DNA of 19,900 nt. Source: a virus. Its lineage: Duplodnaviria > Heunggongvirae > Uroviricota > Caudoviricetes. The notes below the pieces were generated by a model. That model was not told the DNA's origin. It did not search any database and saw nothing but the letters and a program-made list of their open reading frames with translations. How positions within the stretch are numbered: position 1 is the stretch's first letter; every line of letters starts with the position of its first letter. The stretch is taken from the IMG/VR virus record IMGVR_UViG_2734482551_000002; one strand, given 5' to 3'. Positions 11,327 to 19,900 of this stretch are shown piece after piece. The translations under genes and the position numbers were made by a program.

Positions 11327-11742
11327 GTTTTGCCCTGAAACTGGCGCGTGAGATGGGGCGACCCGACTGGCGCGCCATGCTTGCCGGGATGTCATCCACG
11401 GAGTATGCCGACTGGCACCGCTTTTACAGTACCCATTATTTTCATGATGTTCTGCTGGATATGCACTTTTCCGGGCTGACGTACACCGTGCTCAGCCTGT
11501 TTTTCAGCGATCCGGAGATGCATCCGCTGGATTTCAGTCTGCTGAACCGGCGCGAGGCTGACGAAGAGCCTGAAGATGATGTGCTGATGCAGAAAGCGGC
11601 AGGGCTTGCCGGAGGTGTCCGCTTTGGCCCGGACGGGAATGAAGTTATCCCCGCTTCCCCGGATGTGGCGGACATGACGGAGGATGACGTAATGCTGATG
11701 ACAGTATCAGAAGGGATCGCAGGAGGAGTCCGGTATGGCTGA
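11308..11742 (+). CDS. T: T portion of the G-T tail assembly chaperone fusion (translated only by a -1 frameshift from G; fusion spans 10904-11742)
   Basis: The -1 frame ORF (F)DGELSFALKLAREMGRPDWRAMLAGMSSTEYADWHRFYSTHYFHDVLLDMHFSGLTYTVLSLFFSDPEMHPLDFSLLNRREADEEPEDD... matches lambda gpT. It has no independent start context and begins at the GGGAAAG slip site. Confidence 0.92.
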   Translation: MFDGELSFALKLAREMGRPDWRAMLAGMSSTEYADWHRFYSTHYFHDVLLDMHFSGLTYTVLSLFFSDPEMHPLDFSLLNRREADEEPEDDVLMQKAAGLAGGVRFGPDGNEVIPASPDVADMTEDDVMLMTVSEGIAGGVRYG

Positions 11743-14296
11743 ACCGGTAGGCGATCTGGTCGTTGATTTGAGTCTGGATGCGGCCAGATTTGACGAGCAG
11801 ATGGCCAGAGTCAGGCGTCATTTTTCCGGTACGGAAAGTGATGCGAAAAAAACAGCGGCAGTCGTTGAACAGTCGCTGAGCCGACAGGCGCTGGCTGCAC
11901 AGAAAGCGGGGATTTCCGTCGGGCAGTATAAAGCCGCCATGCGTATGCTGCCTGCACAGTTCACCGACGTGGCCACGCAGCTTGCAGGGGGGCAGAATCC
12001 CTGGCTGATCCTGCTGCAACAGGGTGGTCAGGTTAAGGACTCCTTCGGCGGGATGATCCCCATGTTCAGGGGGCTTGCCGGCGCGATCACCCTGCCGATG
12101 GTGGGGGCCACCTCGCTGGCGGTGGCGACCGGTGCGCTGGCGTATGCCTGGTATCAGGGCAACTCAACCCTGTCCGATTTCAACAAAACGCTGGTCCTTT
12201 CCGGTAATCAGGCGGGACTGACGGCAGATCGTATGCTGGTCCTGTCCAGAGCCGGGCAGGCGGCAGGGCTGACGTTTAACCAGACCAGCGAGTCACTCAG
12301 CGCACTGGTTAAGGCGGGGGTAAGCGGTGAGGCTCAGATTGCGTCCATCAGCCAGAGTGTGGCGCGTTTCTCCTATGCATCCGGCGTGGAGGTGGACAAG
12401 GTCGCTGAAGCCTTCGGGAAGCTGACCACAGACCCGACGTCGGGGCTGACGGCGATGGCACGCCAGTTCCATAACGTGACGGCGGAGCAGATTGCGTATG
12501 TTGCTCAGTTGCAGCGTTCCGGCGATGAAGCCGGGGCATTGCAGGCGGCGAACGAGGCCGCAACGAAAGGGTTTGATGACCAGACCCGCCGCCTGAAAGA
12601 GAACATGGGCACGCTGGAGACCTGGGCAGACAGGACTGCACGTGCATTCAAATCCATGTGGGATGCGGTGCTGGATATTGGTCGTCCTGATACCGCGCAG
12701 GAGATGCTGATTAAGGCAGAGGCTGCGTTTAAGAAAGCAGACGACATCTGGAATCTGCGCAAGGATGATTATTTCGTTAACGATGAAGCACGGGCGCGTT
12801 ACTGGGATGATCGTGAAAAAAAACGCCTGGAGCGGGATGCAGCCCAAAAGAGGGTAGATCAACAGCGTCAACAGGACAAAAATGCGCAGCAGCAGAGCGA
12901 TACCGAAGCGTCACGGCTGAAATATACCGAAGAGGCGCAGAAGGCTTACGAACGGCTGCAGACGCCGCTGGAGAAATATACCGCCCGTCAGGAAGAACTG
13001 AACAAGGCACTGAAAGACGGAAAAATCCTGCAGGCAGATTACAACACGCTGATGGCGGCGGCGAAAAAGGATTATGAAGCGACGCTGAAAAAGCCGAAAC
13101 AGTCCGGCGTGAAGGTGTATGCGGGCGATCGTCAGGAAGACAGTGCTCATGCGGCCCTGCTGACGCTTCAGGCAGAACTCCGGACGCTGGAGAAGCATGC
13201 CGGAGCGAATGAGAAAATCAGCCAGCAGCGCCGGGATTTGTGGAAGGCAGAAAGTCAGTTCGCGGTACTGGAGGAGGCGGCACAACGTCGCCAGCTGTCC
13301 GCACAGGAGAAATCCCTGCTGGCGCATAAAGACGAGACGCTGGAGTACAAACGCCAGCTGGCTGCACTTGGTGACAAGGTTACGTATCAGGAGCACCTGA
13401 ATGCGCTGGCGCAGCAGGCGGATAAATTCGCACAGCAGCAACGGGCAAAACGGGCAGCCATTGATGCGAAAAACCGGGGGCTGACTGACCGGCAGGCAGC
13501 GCGGGAAGCCACGGAACAGCGCCTGAAGGAACAGTATGGCGATAATCCTCTGGCGCTGAATAACGTCATGTCAGAGCAGAAAAAGACCTGGGCGGCTGAA
13601 GACCAGCTTCGCGGGAGCTGGATGGCAGGCCTGAAGTCCGGCTGGAGTGAGTGGGAAGAGAGCGCCACGGACAGTATGTCACAGGTTAAAAGTGCAGCCA
13701 CGCAGACCTTTGATGGTATTGCACAGAATATGGCGGCGATGCTGACCGGCAGTGAACAGAACTGGCGCAGCTTCACCCGCTCCGTGCTGTCCATGATGAC
13801 AGAAATTCTGCTTAAGCAGGCAATGGTGGGGATTGTCGGGAGTATCGGCAGCGCCATTGGCGGGGCTGTTGGTGGCGGCGCATCCGCGTCAGGTGGTACA
13901 GCCATTCAGGCCGCTGCGGTGAAATTCCATTTTGCAACCGGGGGATTTACGGGAACCGGCGGCAAATATGAGCCAGCGGGGATTGTTCACCGTGGTGAAT
14001 TTGTCTTCACGAAGGAGGCAACCAGCCGGATTGGCGTGGGGAATCTCTACCGGCTGATGCGCGGCTATGCGGAAGGTGGTTATGTGGGCGGTGCCGGAAG
14101 TCCGGCGCAGATGCGGCGGGCTGAAGGCATTAATTTTAATCAGAACAATCACGTGGTGATTCAGAACGACGGTACGAATGGTCTGCCAGGTCCACAGATG
14201 ATGAAGGCCGTGTATGACATGGCCCGCAAGGGTGCCCGTGATGAAATTCAGACACAGATGCGTGATGGTGGCCTGTTCTCCGGAGGTGGACGATGA
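11735..14296 (+). CDS. H: Tail tape measure protein H
   Basis: 853-aa ORF MAEPVGDLVVDLSLDAARFDEQMARVRRHFSGTESDAKKTAAVVEQSLSRQALAAQKAGISVGQYKAAMRMLPAQFTD..., the same length as lambda gpH and matching along its length, with coiled-coil and Gly-rich segments. Local substituted patches are noted in the findings. Confidence 0.96.
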   Translation: MAEPVGDLVVDLSLDAARFDEQMARVRRHFSGTESDAKKTAAVVEQSLSRQALAAQKAGISVGQYKAAMRMLPAQFTDVATQLAGGQNPWLILLQQGGQVKDSFGGMIPMFRGLAGAITLPMVGATSLAVATGALAYAWYQGNSTLSDFNKTLVLSGNQAGLTADRMLVLSRAGQAAGLTFNQTSESLSALVKAGVSGEAQIASISQSVARFSYASGVEVDKVAEAFGKLTTDPTSGLTAMARQFHNVTAEQIAYVAQLQRSGDEAGALQAANEAATKGFDDQTRRLKENMGTLETWADRTARAFKSMWDAVLDIGRPDTAQEMLIKAEAAFKKADDIWNLRKDDYFVNDEARARYWDDREKKRLERDAAQKRVDQQRQQDKNAQQQSDTEASRLKYTEEAQKAYERLQTPLEKYTARQEELNKALKDGKILQADYNTLMAAAKKDYEATLKKPKQSGVKVYAGDRQEDSAHAALLTLQAELRTLEKHAGANEKISQQRRDLWKAESQFAVLEEAAQRRQLSAQEKSLLAHKDETLEYKRQLAALGDKVTYQEHLNALAQQADKFAQQQRAKRAAIDAKNRGLTDRQAAREATEQRLKEQYGDNPLALNNVMSEQKKTWAAEDQLRGSWMAGLKSGWSEWEESATDSMSQVKSAATQTFDGIAQNMAAMLTGSEQNWRSFTRSVLSMMTEILLKQAMVGIVGSIGSAIGGAVGGGASASGGTAIQAAAVKFHFATGGFTGTGGKYEPAGIVHRGEFVFTKEATSRIGVGNLYRLMRGYAEGGYVGGAGSPAQMRRAEGINFNQNNHVVIQNDGTNGLPGPQMMKAVYDMARKGARDEIQTQMRDGGLFSGGGR

Positions 14297-14622
14297 AAAC
14301 CTTCCGCTGGAAAGTGAAACCCGGTATGGATGTGGCTTCGGCCCCTTCTGTAAGAAAGGTGCGCTTTGGTGATGGCTATTCCCAGCGAGCGCCTGCCGGG
14401 CTGAATGCCAACCTGAAAACGTACAGCGTGACGCTTTCTGTCCCCCGTGAGGAGGCCATGGTACTGGAGTCGTTTCTGGAAGAGCACGGGGGCTGGAAAG
14501 CCTTTCTGTGGACGCCGCCTTATGAGTGGCGGCAGATAAAGGTGACCTGCGCAAAATGGTCGTCGCGGGTCAGTATGCTGCGTGTTGAGTTCAGCGCAGA
14601 GTTTGAACAGGTGGTGAACTGA
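14293..14622 (+). CDS. M: Tail tip protein M
   Basis: 109-aa ORF MKTFRWKVKPGMDVASAPSVRKVRFGDGYSQRAPAGLNANLKTYSVTLSVPREEAMVLESFLEEHGGWKAFLWTPPYEWRQIKVTCAKWSSRVSMLRVEFSAEFEQVVN matching lambda gpM. ATGA overlap with the H stop. Confidence 0.96.
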   Translation: MKTFRWKVKPGMDVASAPSVRKVRFGDGYSQRAPAGLNANLKTYSVTLSVPREEAMVLESFLEEHGGWKAFLWTPPYEWRQIKVTCAKWSSRVSMLRVEFSAEFEQVVN

Positions 14623-15207
14623 TGCAGGATATCCGGCAGGAAACACTGAATGAATGCACCCGTGCGGAGCAGTCGGCCAGCGTGGTGCTCTGGGAAATCG
14701 ATCTGACAGAGGTCGGTGGAGAACGTTATTTTTTCTGTAATGAGCAGAACGAAAAAGGTGAGCCGGTCACCTGGCAGGGGCGACAGTATCAGCCGTATCC
14801 CATTCAGGGGAGTGGTTTTGAACTGAATGGCAAAGGCACCAGTACGCGCCCCACGCTGATGGTTTCTAACCTGTACGGTATGGTCACCGGGATGGCGGAA
14901 GATCTACAGAGTCTGGTCGGCGGAACGGTGGTCCGGCGTAAGGTTTACGCCCGTTTTCTGGATGCGGTGAACTTCGTCAACGGAAACAGTGACGCCGATC
15001 CGGAGCAGGAGGTGATCAGCCGCTGGCGCATTGAGCAGTGCAGCGAACTGAGCGCGGTGAGTGCCTCTTTTGTACTGTCCACGCCGACGGAAACAGATGG
15101 CGCTGTTTTTCCGGGACGTATCATGCTGGCCAACACCTGCACCTGGACCTATCGCGGCGATGAGTGCGGTTATCACGGTCCGGCGGTCGCGGATGAATAT
15201 GACCAGC
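14622..15207 (+). CDS. L: Tail tip protein L (visible 5' portion only; 3' end lies in the masked block)
   Basis: Starts at ATG 14622, overlapping the M stop (TGATG). The product MQDIRQETLNECTRAEQSASVVLWEIDLTEVGGERYFFCNEQNEKGEPVTWQGRQYQPYPIQGSGFELNGKGTSTRPTLMVSNLYGMVTGMAED...CTWTYRGDECGYHGPAVADEYDQ matches lambda gpL up to the N run at 15208. The expected end, about 115 nt further on, is masked. Confidence 0.9.
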
Positions 15208-15501
15208 NNNNNNNNNNNNNNNNNNNNNNNNNNNNNNNNNNNNNNNNNNNNNNNNNNNNNNNNNNNNNNNNNNNNNNNNNNNNNNNNNNNNNNNNNNNNN
15301 NNNNNNNNNNNNNNNNNNNNNNNNNNNNNNNNNNNNNNNNNNNNNNNNNNNNNNNNNNNNNNNNNNNNNNNNNNNNNNNNNNNNNNNNNNNNNNNNNNNN
15401 NNNNNNNNNNNNNNNNNNNNNNNNNNNNNNNNNNNNNNNNNNNNNNNNNNNNNNNNNNNNNNNNNNNNNNNNNNNNNNNNNNNNNNNNNNNNNNNNNNNN
15501 N
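15208..15501. other. Masked block (294 N) covering the L 3' end, the L-K junction and the region upstream of the annotated K start
   Basis: Continuous run of N. L is open on entry and the K frame is open on exit. Confidence 0.99.
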
Positions 15502-15519
15502 CCGGAGGCGTATTTCCGT

Positions 15520-16119
15520 ATGTCGCCGGAAGACTGGCTGCAGGCAGAGATGCAGGGTGAGATTGTGGCACTGGTCCACAGCCACCCCGGTGGTCTGCCC
15601 TGGCTGAGTGAGGCCGACCGGCGGCTGCAGGTGCAGAGTGATTTGCCGTGGTGGCTGGTCTGCCGGGGGGCGATTCACAAGTTCCGCTGTGTGCCACATC
15701 TTACCGGGCGGCGCTTTGAGCACGGGGTGACGGACTGTTACACGCTGTTCCGGGATGCTTACCATCTGGCGGGGATTGAGATGCCGGATTTTCATCGTGA
15801 GGATGACTGGTGGCGTCACGGTCAGAATCTCTATCTGGATAATCTGGAGGCCACAGGGCTGTATCAGGTGCCGTTGTCAGCGGCGCAGCCGGGCGATGTG
15901 CTGCTGTGCTGTTTTGGTTCATCGGTGCCGAATCATGCCGCCATTTACTGTGGTGACGGCGAGCTGCTGCACCATATTCCTGAACAACTGAGTAAACGAG
16001 AGAGGTACACCGACAAATGGCAGCGACGCACACACTCCCTCTGGCGTCACCGGGCATGGCACGCATCTGCCTTTACGGGGATTTGCAACGATTTGGCCGC
16101 CGCATCGACCTTCGTGTGA
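15520..16119 (+). CDS. K: Tail tip assembly protein K (JAMM/MPN motif plus NlpC/P60-like Cys-His region)
   Basis: 199-aa product from ATG 15520 (MSPEDWLQAEMQGEIVALVHSHPGGLPWLSEADRRLQVQSDLPWWLVCRG...DCYTLFRDAYHLAG...HAAIYCGDGELLHHIPEQ...AASTFV) matching lambda gpK. It contains the HSHPGG-x-S-x2-D JAMM-type motif. The frame is open upstream (PEAYFR, 15502-15519) back to the N block. Confidence 0.92.
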   Translation: MSPEDWLQAEMQGEIVALVHSHPGGLPWLSEADRRLQVQSDLPWWLVCRGAIHKFRCVPHLTGRRFEHGVTDCYTLFRDAYHLAGIEMPDFHREDDWWRHGQNLYLDNLEATGLYQVPLSAAQPGDVLLCCFGSSVPNHAAIYCGDGELLHHIPEQLSKRERYTDKWQRRTHSLWRHRAWHASAFTGICNDLAAASTFV

Positions 16120-16688
16120 AAACGGGTGCCGAAGCCATCCGGGCGATGGCCACACAGCTCCCTGCGTTTCGTCAGAAGCTGAGCGACGGCTGGTATCAGG
16201 TGCGTATTGCCGGGCAGGATGTTAGCACGTCCGGATTAACGGCACAGTTACATGAGGCTCTGCCTGACGGCGCTGTGATTCATATTGTTCCCAGAGTCGC
16301 CGGGGCCAAGTCAGGTGGTGTATTCCAGATTGTCCTGGGAGCAGCCGCCATTGCCGGATCATTCTTTACCGCCGGAGCCACCCTTGCAGCATGGGGGGCT
16401 GCCATTGGTGCCGGTGGTATGACCGGCATTCTGTTTTCTCTCGGTGCCAGTATGGTGCTCGGCGGTGTGGCTCAGATGCTGGCACCGAAAGCCAGAACTC
16501 CCCGCACACAGACAACGGATAACGGTAAGCAGAACACCTATTTCTCCTCACTGGATAACATGGTTGCCCAGGGCAATGTTATGCCTGTTCTGTATGGTGA
16601 AATGCGCGTGGGGTCACGTGTGGTATCTCAGGAGATCAGCACGGCAGACGAAGGGGACGGTGGTCAGGTTGTGGTGATTGGTCGCTGA
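16017..16688 (+). CDS. I: Tail tip assembly protein I
   Basis: 223-aa ORF MAATHTLPLASPGMARICLYGDLQRFGRRIDLRVKTGAEAIRAMATQLPAFRQKLSDGWYQVRIAGQDVSTSGLTAQLHEALPDGAVIHIVPRVAGAKSGG... matching lambda gpI. It overlaps the K 3' end in another frame, as in lambda. Confidence 0.95.
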   Translation: MAATHTLPLASPGMARICLYGDLQRFGRRIDLRVKTGAEAIRAMATQLPAFRQKLSDGWYQVRIAGQDVSTSGLTAQLHEALPDGAVIHIVPRVAGAKSGGVFQIVLGAAAIAGSFFTAGATLAAWGAAIGAGGMTGILFSLGASMVLGGVAQMLAPKARTPRTQTTDNGKQNTYFSSLDNMVAQGNVMPVLYGEMRVGSRVVSQEISTADEGDGGQVVVIGR

Positions 16689-16748
16689 TGCAAAATGTTT
16701 TATGTGAAATCGCCTCCGGGCGGTTTTATCGTTTATGGAGCATGACGA

Positions 16749-19700
16749 ATGGGTAAAGGCAGCAGTAAGGGGCATACCCCGCGCGAAGCGAAGGACAACC
16801 TGAAGTCCACGCAGCTGCTGAGTGTGATCGATGCCATCAGCGAAGGGCCGGTTGAAGGTCCGGTGGATGGATTAAAAAGCGTGCTGCTGAACAGTACGCC
16901 GGTGCTGGACAATGAGGGGAATACCAACATCTCCGGCGTCACGGTGGTGTTCCGGGCAGGTGAGCAGGAGCAGTCACCGCCGGAGGGGTTTGAATCCTCC
17001 GGCTCCGAGACGGTGCTGGGTACGGAAGTGAAATATGACACGCCGATCACCCGGACCATCACGTCGGCAAACATTGACCGACTGCGTTTTACCTTCGGTG
17101 TACAGGCACTGGTGGAAACCACCTCAAAGGGAGACAGGAATCCGTCTGAAGTTCGCCTGCTGGTTCAGATACAGCGTAACGGTGGCTGGGTGACGGAAAA
17201 AGACATCACCATTAAGGGCAAAACCACCTCGCAGTATCTGGCCTCGGTGGTGGTGGATAACCTGCCGCCGCGCCCGTTTAATATCCGGATGCGCAGAATG
17301 ACGCCGGACAGCACCACAGACCAGCTGCAGAACAAAACGCTCTGGTCGTCATACACCGAAATCATCGATGTGAAACAGTGCTACCCGAACACGGCACTGG
17401 TCGGCGTACAGGTGGATTCGGAGCAGTTCGGCAGCCAGCAGGTGAGCCGTAATTATCATCTTCGCGGGCGCATTCTGCAGGTGCCGTCGAACTATAATCC
17501 GCAGACGCGGCAATACAGCGGTATCTGGGACGGAACGTTAAAACCGGCATACAGCAACAACATGGCCTGGTGTCTGTGGGATATGCTGACCCATCCGCGC
17601 TATGGCATGGGGAAACGTCTTGGTGCGGCAGATGTGGATAAATGGGCGCTGTATGTCATCGGCCAGTACTGTGACCAGTCGGTGCCGGACGGCTTTGGCA
17701 GCACGGAGCCGCGCATCACCTGTAATGCCTGGCTGACCACACAGCGCAAGGCGTGGGATGTGCTCAGTGATTTCTGCTCGGCGATGCGCTGTATGCCGGT
17801 ATGGAACGGGCAGACGCTGACGTTCGTGCAGGACCGACAGTCGGATAAGGTGTGGGCCTATAACCGCAGTAATGTGGTGATGCCGGATGATGGCGCGCCG
17901 TTCCGCTACAGTTTCAGCGCCCTGAAAGACCGCCATAATGCCGTTGAGGTGAACTGGATTGACCCGGATAACGGCTGGGAGACGGCGACAGAGCTTGTGG
18001 AGGATACGCAGGCCATTGTCCGTTACGGTCGTAACGTCACGAAGATGGATGCCTTTGGCTGTACCAGCCGGGGGCAGGCACACCGCGCCGGGCTGTGGCT
18101 GATTAAAACGGAACTGCTGGAGACGCAGACCGTGGATTTCAGCGTGGGTGCTGAAGGGCTTCGTCATGTACCGGGCGATGTCATTGAAATCTGCGATGAT
18201 GACTATGCCGGTATCCGCACCGGCGGGCGCGTGCTGGCGGTGAACAGCCAGACCCGGACGCTGACGCTCGACCGTGAAATCACGCTGCCATCCTCCGGCA
18301 CCACGCTGATAAGCCTGGTTGACGGGCAGGGGAATCCGGTCAGCGTGGAGGTCCAGTCCGTCACCGACGGCGTGAAGGTAAAAGTGAGCCGTGTTCCTGA
18401 CGGTGTTGCTGAATACAGCGTGTGGGGGCTGAAGCTGCCGACGCTGCACCAGCGATTGTTCCGCTGCGTGAGTATCCGTGAGAACGACGACGGCACGTAT
18501 GCCATCACCGCCGTGCAGCATGTGCCGGAAAAAGAAGCCATCGTGGATAACGGGGCGCACTTTGACGGCGACCAGAGCGGCACGGTGAATGGTGTCACGC
18601 CGCCAGCGGTGCAGCACCTGACTGCCGAAGTCACCGCAGACAGCGGGGAATATCAGGTGCTGGCGCGCTGGGACACGCCGAAGGTGGTGAAGGGGGTGAG
18701 CTTTATGCTTCGCCTGACCGTGGCAGCGGATGACGGCAGTGAGCGGCTGGTCAGCACGGCCCGGACGACGGAAACCACATACCGCTTCACGCAACTGGCG
18801 CTGGGACGGTACACGCTGACAGTCCGGGCGGTAAATGCCTGGGGACAGCAGGGCGATCCGGCGTCGGTATCGTTCAGGATTGCCGCACCGGTAGCACCGT
18901 CGCGGATTGAGCTGACGCCGGGCTATTTTCAGATAACTGCCACGCCGCATCTTGCGGTTTATGATCCGACGGTACAGTTTGAGTTCTGGTTCTCGGAAAC
19001 GCGGATTACCGATATCAGGCAGGTTGAAACCACAGCCCGCTACCTTGGCGCGGGGCTGTACTGGATAGCCGCCAGTATCAATATCAAACCGGGCCATGAT
19101 TATTACTTTTATATCCGCAGTGTGAACACCGTTGGCAAATCGGCATTCGTGGAGGCCGTCGGTCGGGCGAGCGATGATGCGGAAGGTTACCTGGATTTTT
19201 TCAAAGGCAAGATAACCGAATCCCATCTCGGTAAAGAGCTGCTGGAAAAAGTTGATCTGACGGAGGATAACGCCAGCAGACTGGATGAGTTTTCGAAAGA
19301 GTGGAAGGACGCTAACGATAAATGGAATGCGATGTGGGGCGTCAAAATTGAGCAGACCAAAGACGGCAAACATTATGTCGCGGGTATTGGCCTCAGCATG
19401 GAGGACACGGAGGAAGGCAAGCTGAGCCAGTTTCTGGTTGCCGCCAATCGTATCGCGTTTATTGACCCGGCAAACGGGAATGAAACGCCGATGTTTGTGG
19501 CGCAGGGCAACCAGATATTCATGAATGACGTGTTCCTGAAGCGCCTGACAGCCCCCGCCATTACCAGCGGTGGCAGTCCTCCGGTATTTTCCCTGACATC
19601 AGACGGAAAGCTGACCGCTAAAAATGCGGATATCAGTGGTAGTGTGAATGCGAACTCAGGAACGCTCAACAATGTCACGATTAACCAGAACTGTACGATT

Positions 19701-19900
19701 AAGGGCATGCTGGAGGCGACCCAGGTCAGAGGGGATTTCGTTAAAGCTGTATCAAAAGCCTTCCCGAAAAAAGTCGGTACGTGGGGTAACACGGAAACAC
19801 CAGACGGTACGGTTACAGTCACCATCAGCGATGATCATAACTTTGACCGCCAGATTATTATTCCGCCCATTATTTTTAACGGTATAGCGTATGACGATCC
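16749..19900 (+). CDS. J: Central tail fiber / host specificity protein J (5' 1050 codons; continues beyond window end)
   Basis: ATG at 16749 ([85 protein letters not shown]...). I read the frame codon by codon from 17991 to 19900 and spot-checked it at 17340; no stop was found. It is absent from the ORF track only because it has no stop inside the window. Near-identical to lambda J until about codon 975, then divergent. Confidence 0.93.
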   Translation, partial: MGKGSSKGHTPREAKDNLKSTQLLSVIDAISEGPVEGPVDGLKSVLLNSTPVLDNEGNTNISGVTVVFRAGEQEQSPPEGFESSGSETVLGTEVKYDTPITRTITSANIDRLRFTFGVQALVETTSKGDRNPSEVRLLVQIQRNGGWVTEKDITIKGKTTSQYLASVVVDNLPPRPFNIRMRRMTPDSTTDQLQNKTLWSSYTEIIDVKQCYPNTALVGVQVDSEQFGSQQVSRNYHLRGRILQVPSNYNPQTRQYSGIWDGTLKPAYSNNMAWCLWDMLTHPRYGMGKRLGAADVDKWALYVIGQYCDQSVPDGFGSTEPRITCNAWLTTQRKAWDVLSDFCSAMRCMPVWNGQTLTFVQDRQSDKVWAYNRSNVVMPDDGAPFRYSFSALKDRHNAVEVNWIDPDNGWETATELVEDTQAIVRYGRNVTKMDAFGCTSRGQAHRAGLWLIKTELLETQTVDFSVGAEGLRHVPGDVIEICDDDYAGIRTGGRVLAVNSQTRTLTLDREITLPSSGTTLISLVDGQGNPVSVEVQSVTDGVKVKVSRVPDGVAEYSVWGLKLPTLHQRLFRCVSIRENDDGTYAITAVQHVPEKEAIVDNGAHFDGDQSGTVNGVTPPAVQHLTAEVTADSGEYQVLARWDTPKVVKGVSFMLRLTVAADDGSERLVSTARTTETTYRFTQLALGRYTLTVRAVNAWGQQGDPASVSFRIAAPVAPSRIELTPGYFQITATPHLAVYDPTVQFEFWFSETRITDIRQVETTARYLGAGLYWIAASINIKPGHDYYFYIRSVNTVGKSAFVEAVGRASDDAEGYLDFFKGKITESHLGKELLEKVDLTEDNASRLDEFSKEWKDANDKWNAMWGVKIEQTKDGKHYVAGIGLSMEDTEEGKLSQFLVAANRIAFIDPANGNETPMFVAQGNQIFMNDVFLKRLTAPAITSGGSPPVFSLTSDGKLTAKNADISGSVNANSGTLNNVTINQNCTIKGMLEATQVRGDFVKAVSKAFPKKVGTWGNTETPDGTVTVTISDDHNFDRQIIIPPIIFNGIAYDD

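Noticed and set aside
6442-15501. Idea that the two N blocks hide a novel inserted system
   Set aside because: Flanking genes are collinear with lambda and the implied extra length is only about 36 and 51 nt, too small for an inserted gene system. The masked content cannot be assessed, so no claim is made.
16711-16728. Possible terminator hairpin between I and J (CGCC TCCG GGCG followed by TTTT)
   Set aside because: Only a 4-bp stem with a short T run, inside an operon that must be read through to express J. Too weak to call.
17538-19373. 611-aa open reading frame on the minus strand
   Set aside because: It lies entirely antisense to J, which is confidently coding on the plus strand with lambda-identical protein sequence. 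The product is Arg/His/Pro-rich with no recognisable domain, as expected for a stop-free antisense frame in GC-rich, codon-biased DNA.

Overview
This window is a lambda-like (lambdoid) prophage segment, almost certainly from an E. coli/Shigella-type host, and I do not see a supportable undescribed system in the visible sequence. It is collinear with the phage lambda left arm, and the calls below rest on my reading of the translated ORFs against remembered lambda protein sequences, not on a database search. Reading left to right: (1) a conserved non-coding stretch (1-257); (2) an AT-rich two-gene moron on the minus strand, a DUF1398 YbcV/YdfO-like protein and a small ribbon-helix-helix-like protein (258-959); (3) the cos packaging site, with cosB intact but a 6-nt substitution block in the right half of cosN (about 1127-1330); (4) the complete head and tail morphogenesis operon on the plus strand: nu1, A, W, B, C with nested nu3, D, E, FI, FII, Z, U, V, G, T (G-T frameshift), H, M, L, K, I and the 5' 3.15 kb of J, which runs off the window end. 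Two runs of N (6442-6718 and 15208-15501) mask part of C/nu3 and the 3' end of L plus the region upstream of K; nothing can be said about their content. The points most worth a second look are the non-lambda cosN right half-site, the J C-terminus diverging from lambda J near the window end (possible receptor switch), the AT-rich moron pair, and the K reading frame staying open upstream of its lambda-annotated start. No rRNA, tRNA, CRISPR array, integrase or transposase is visible.
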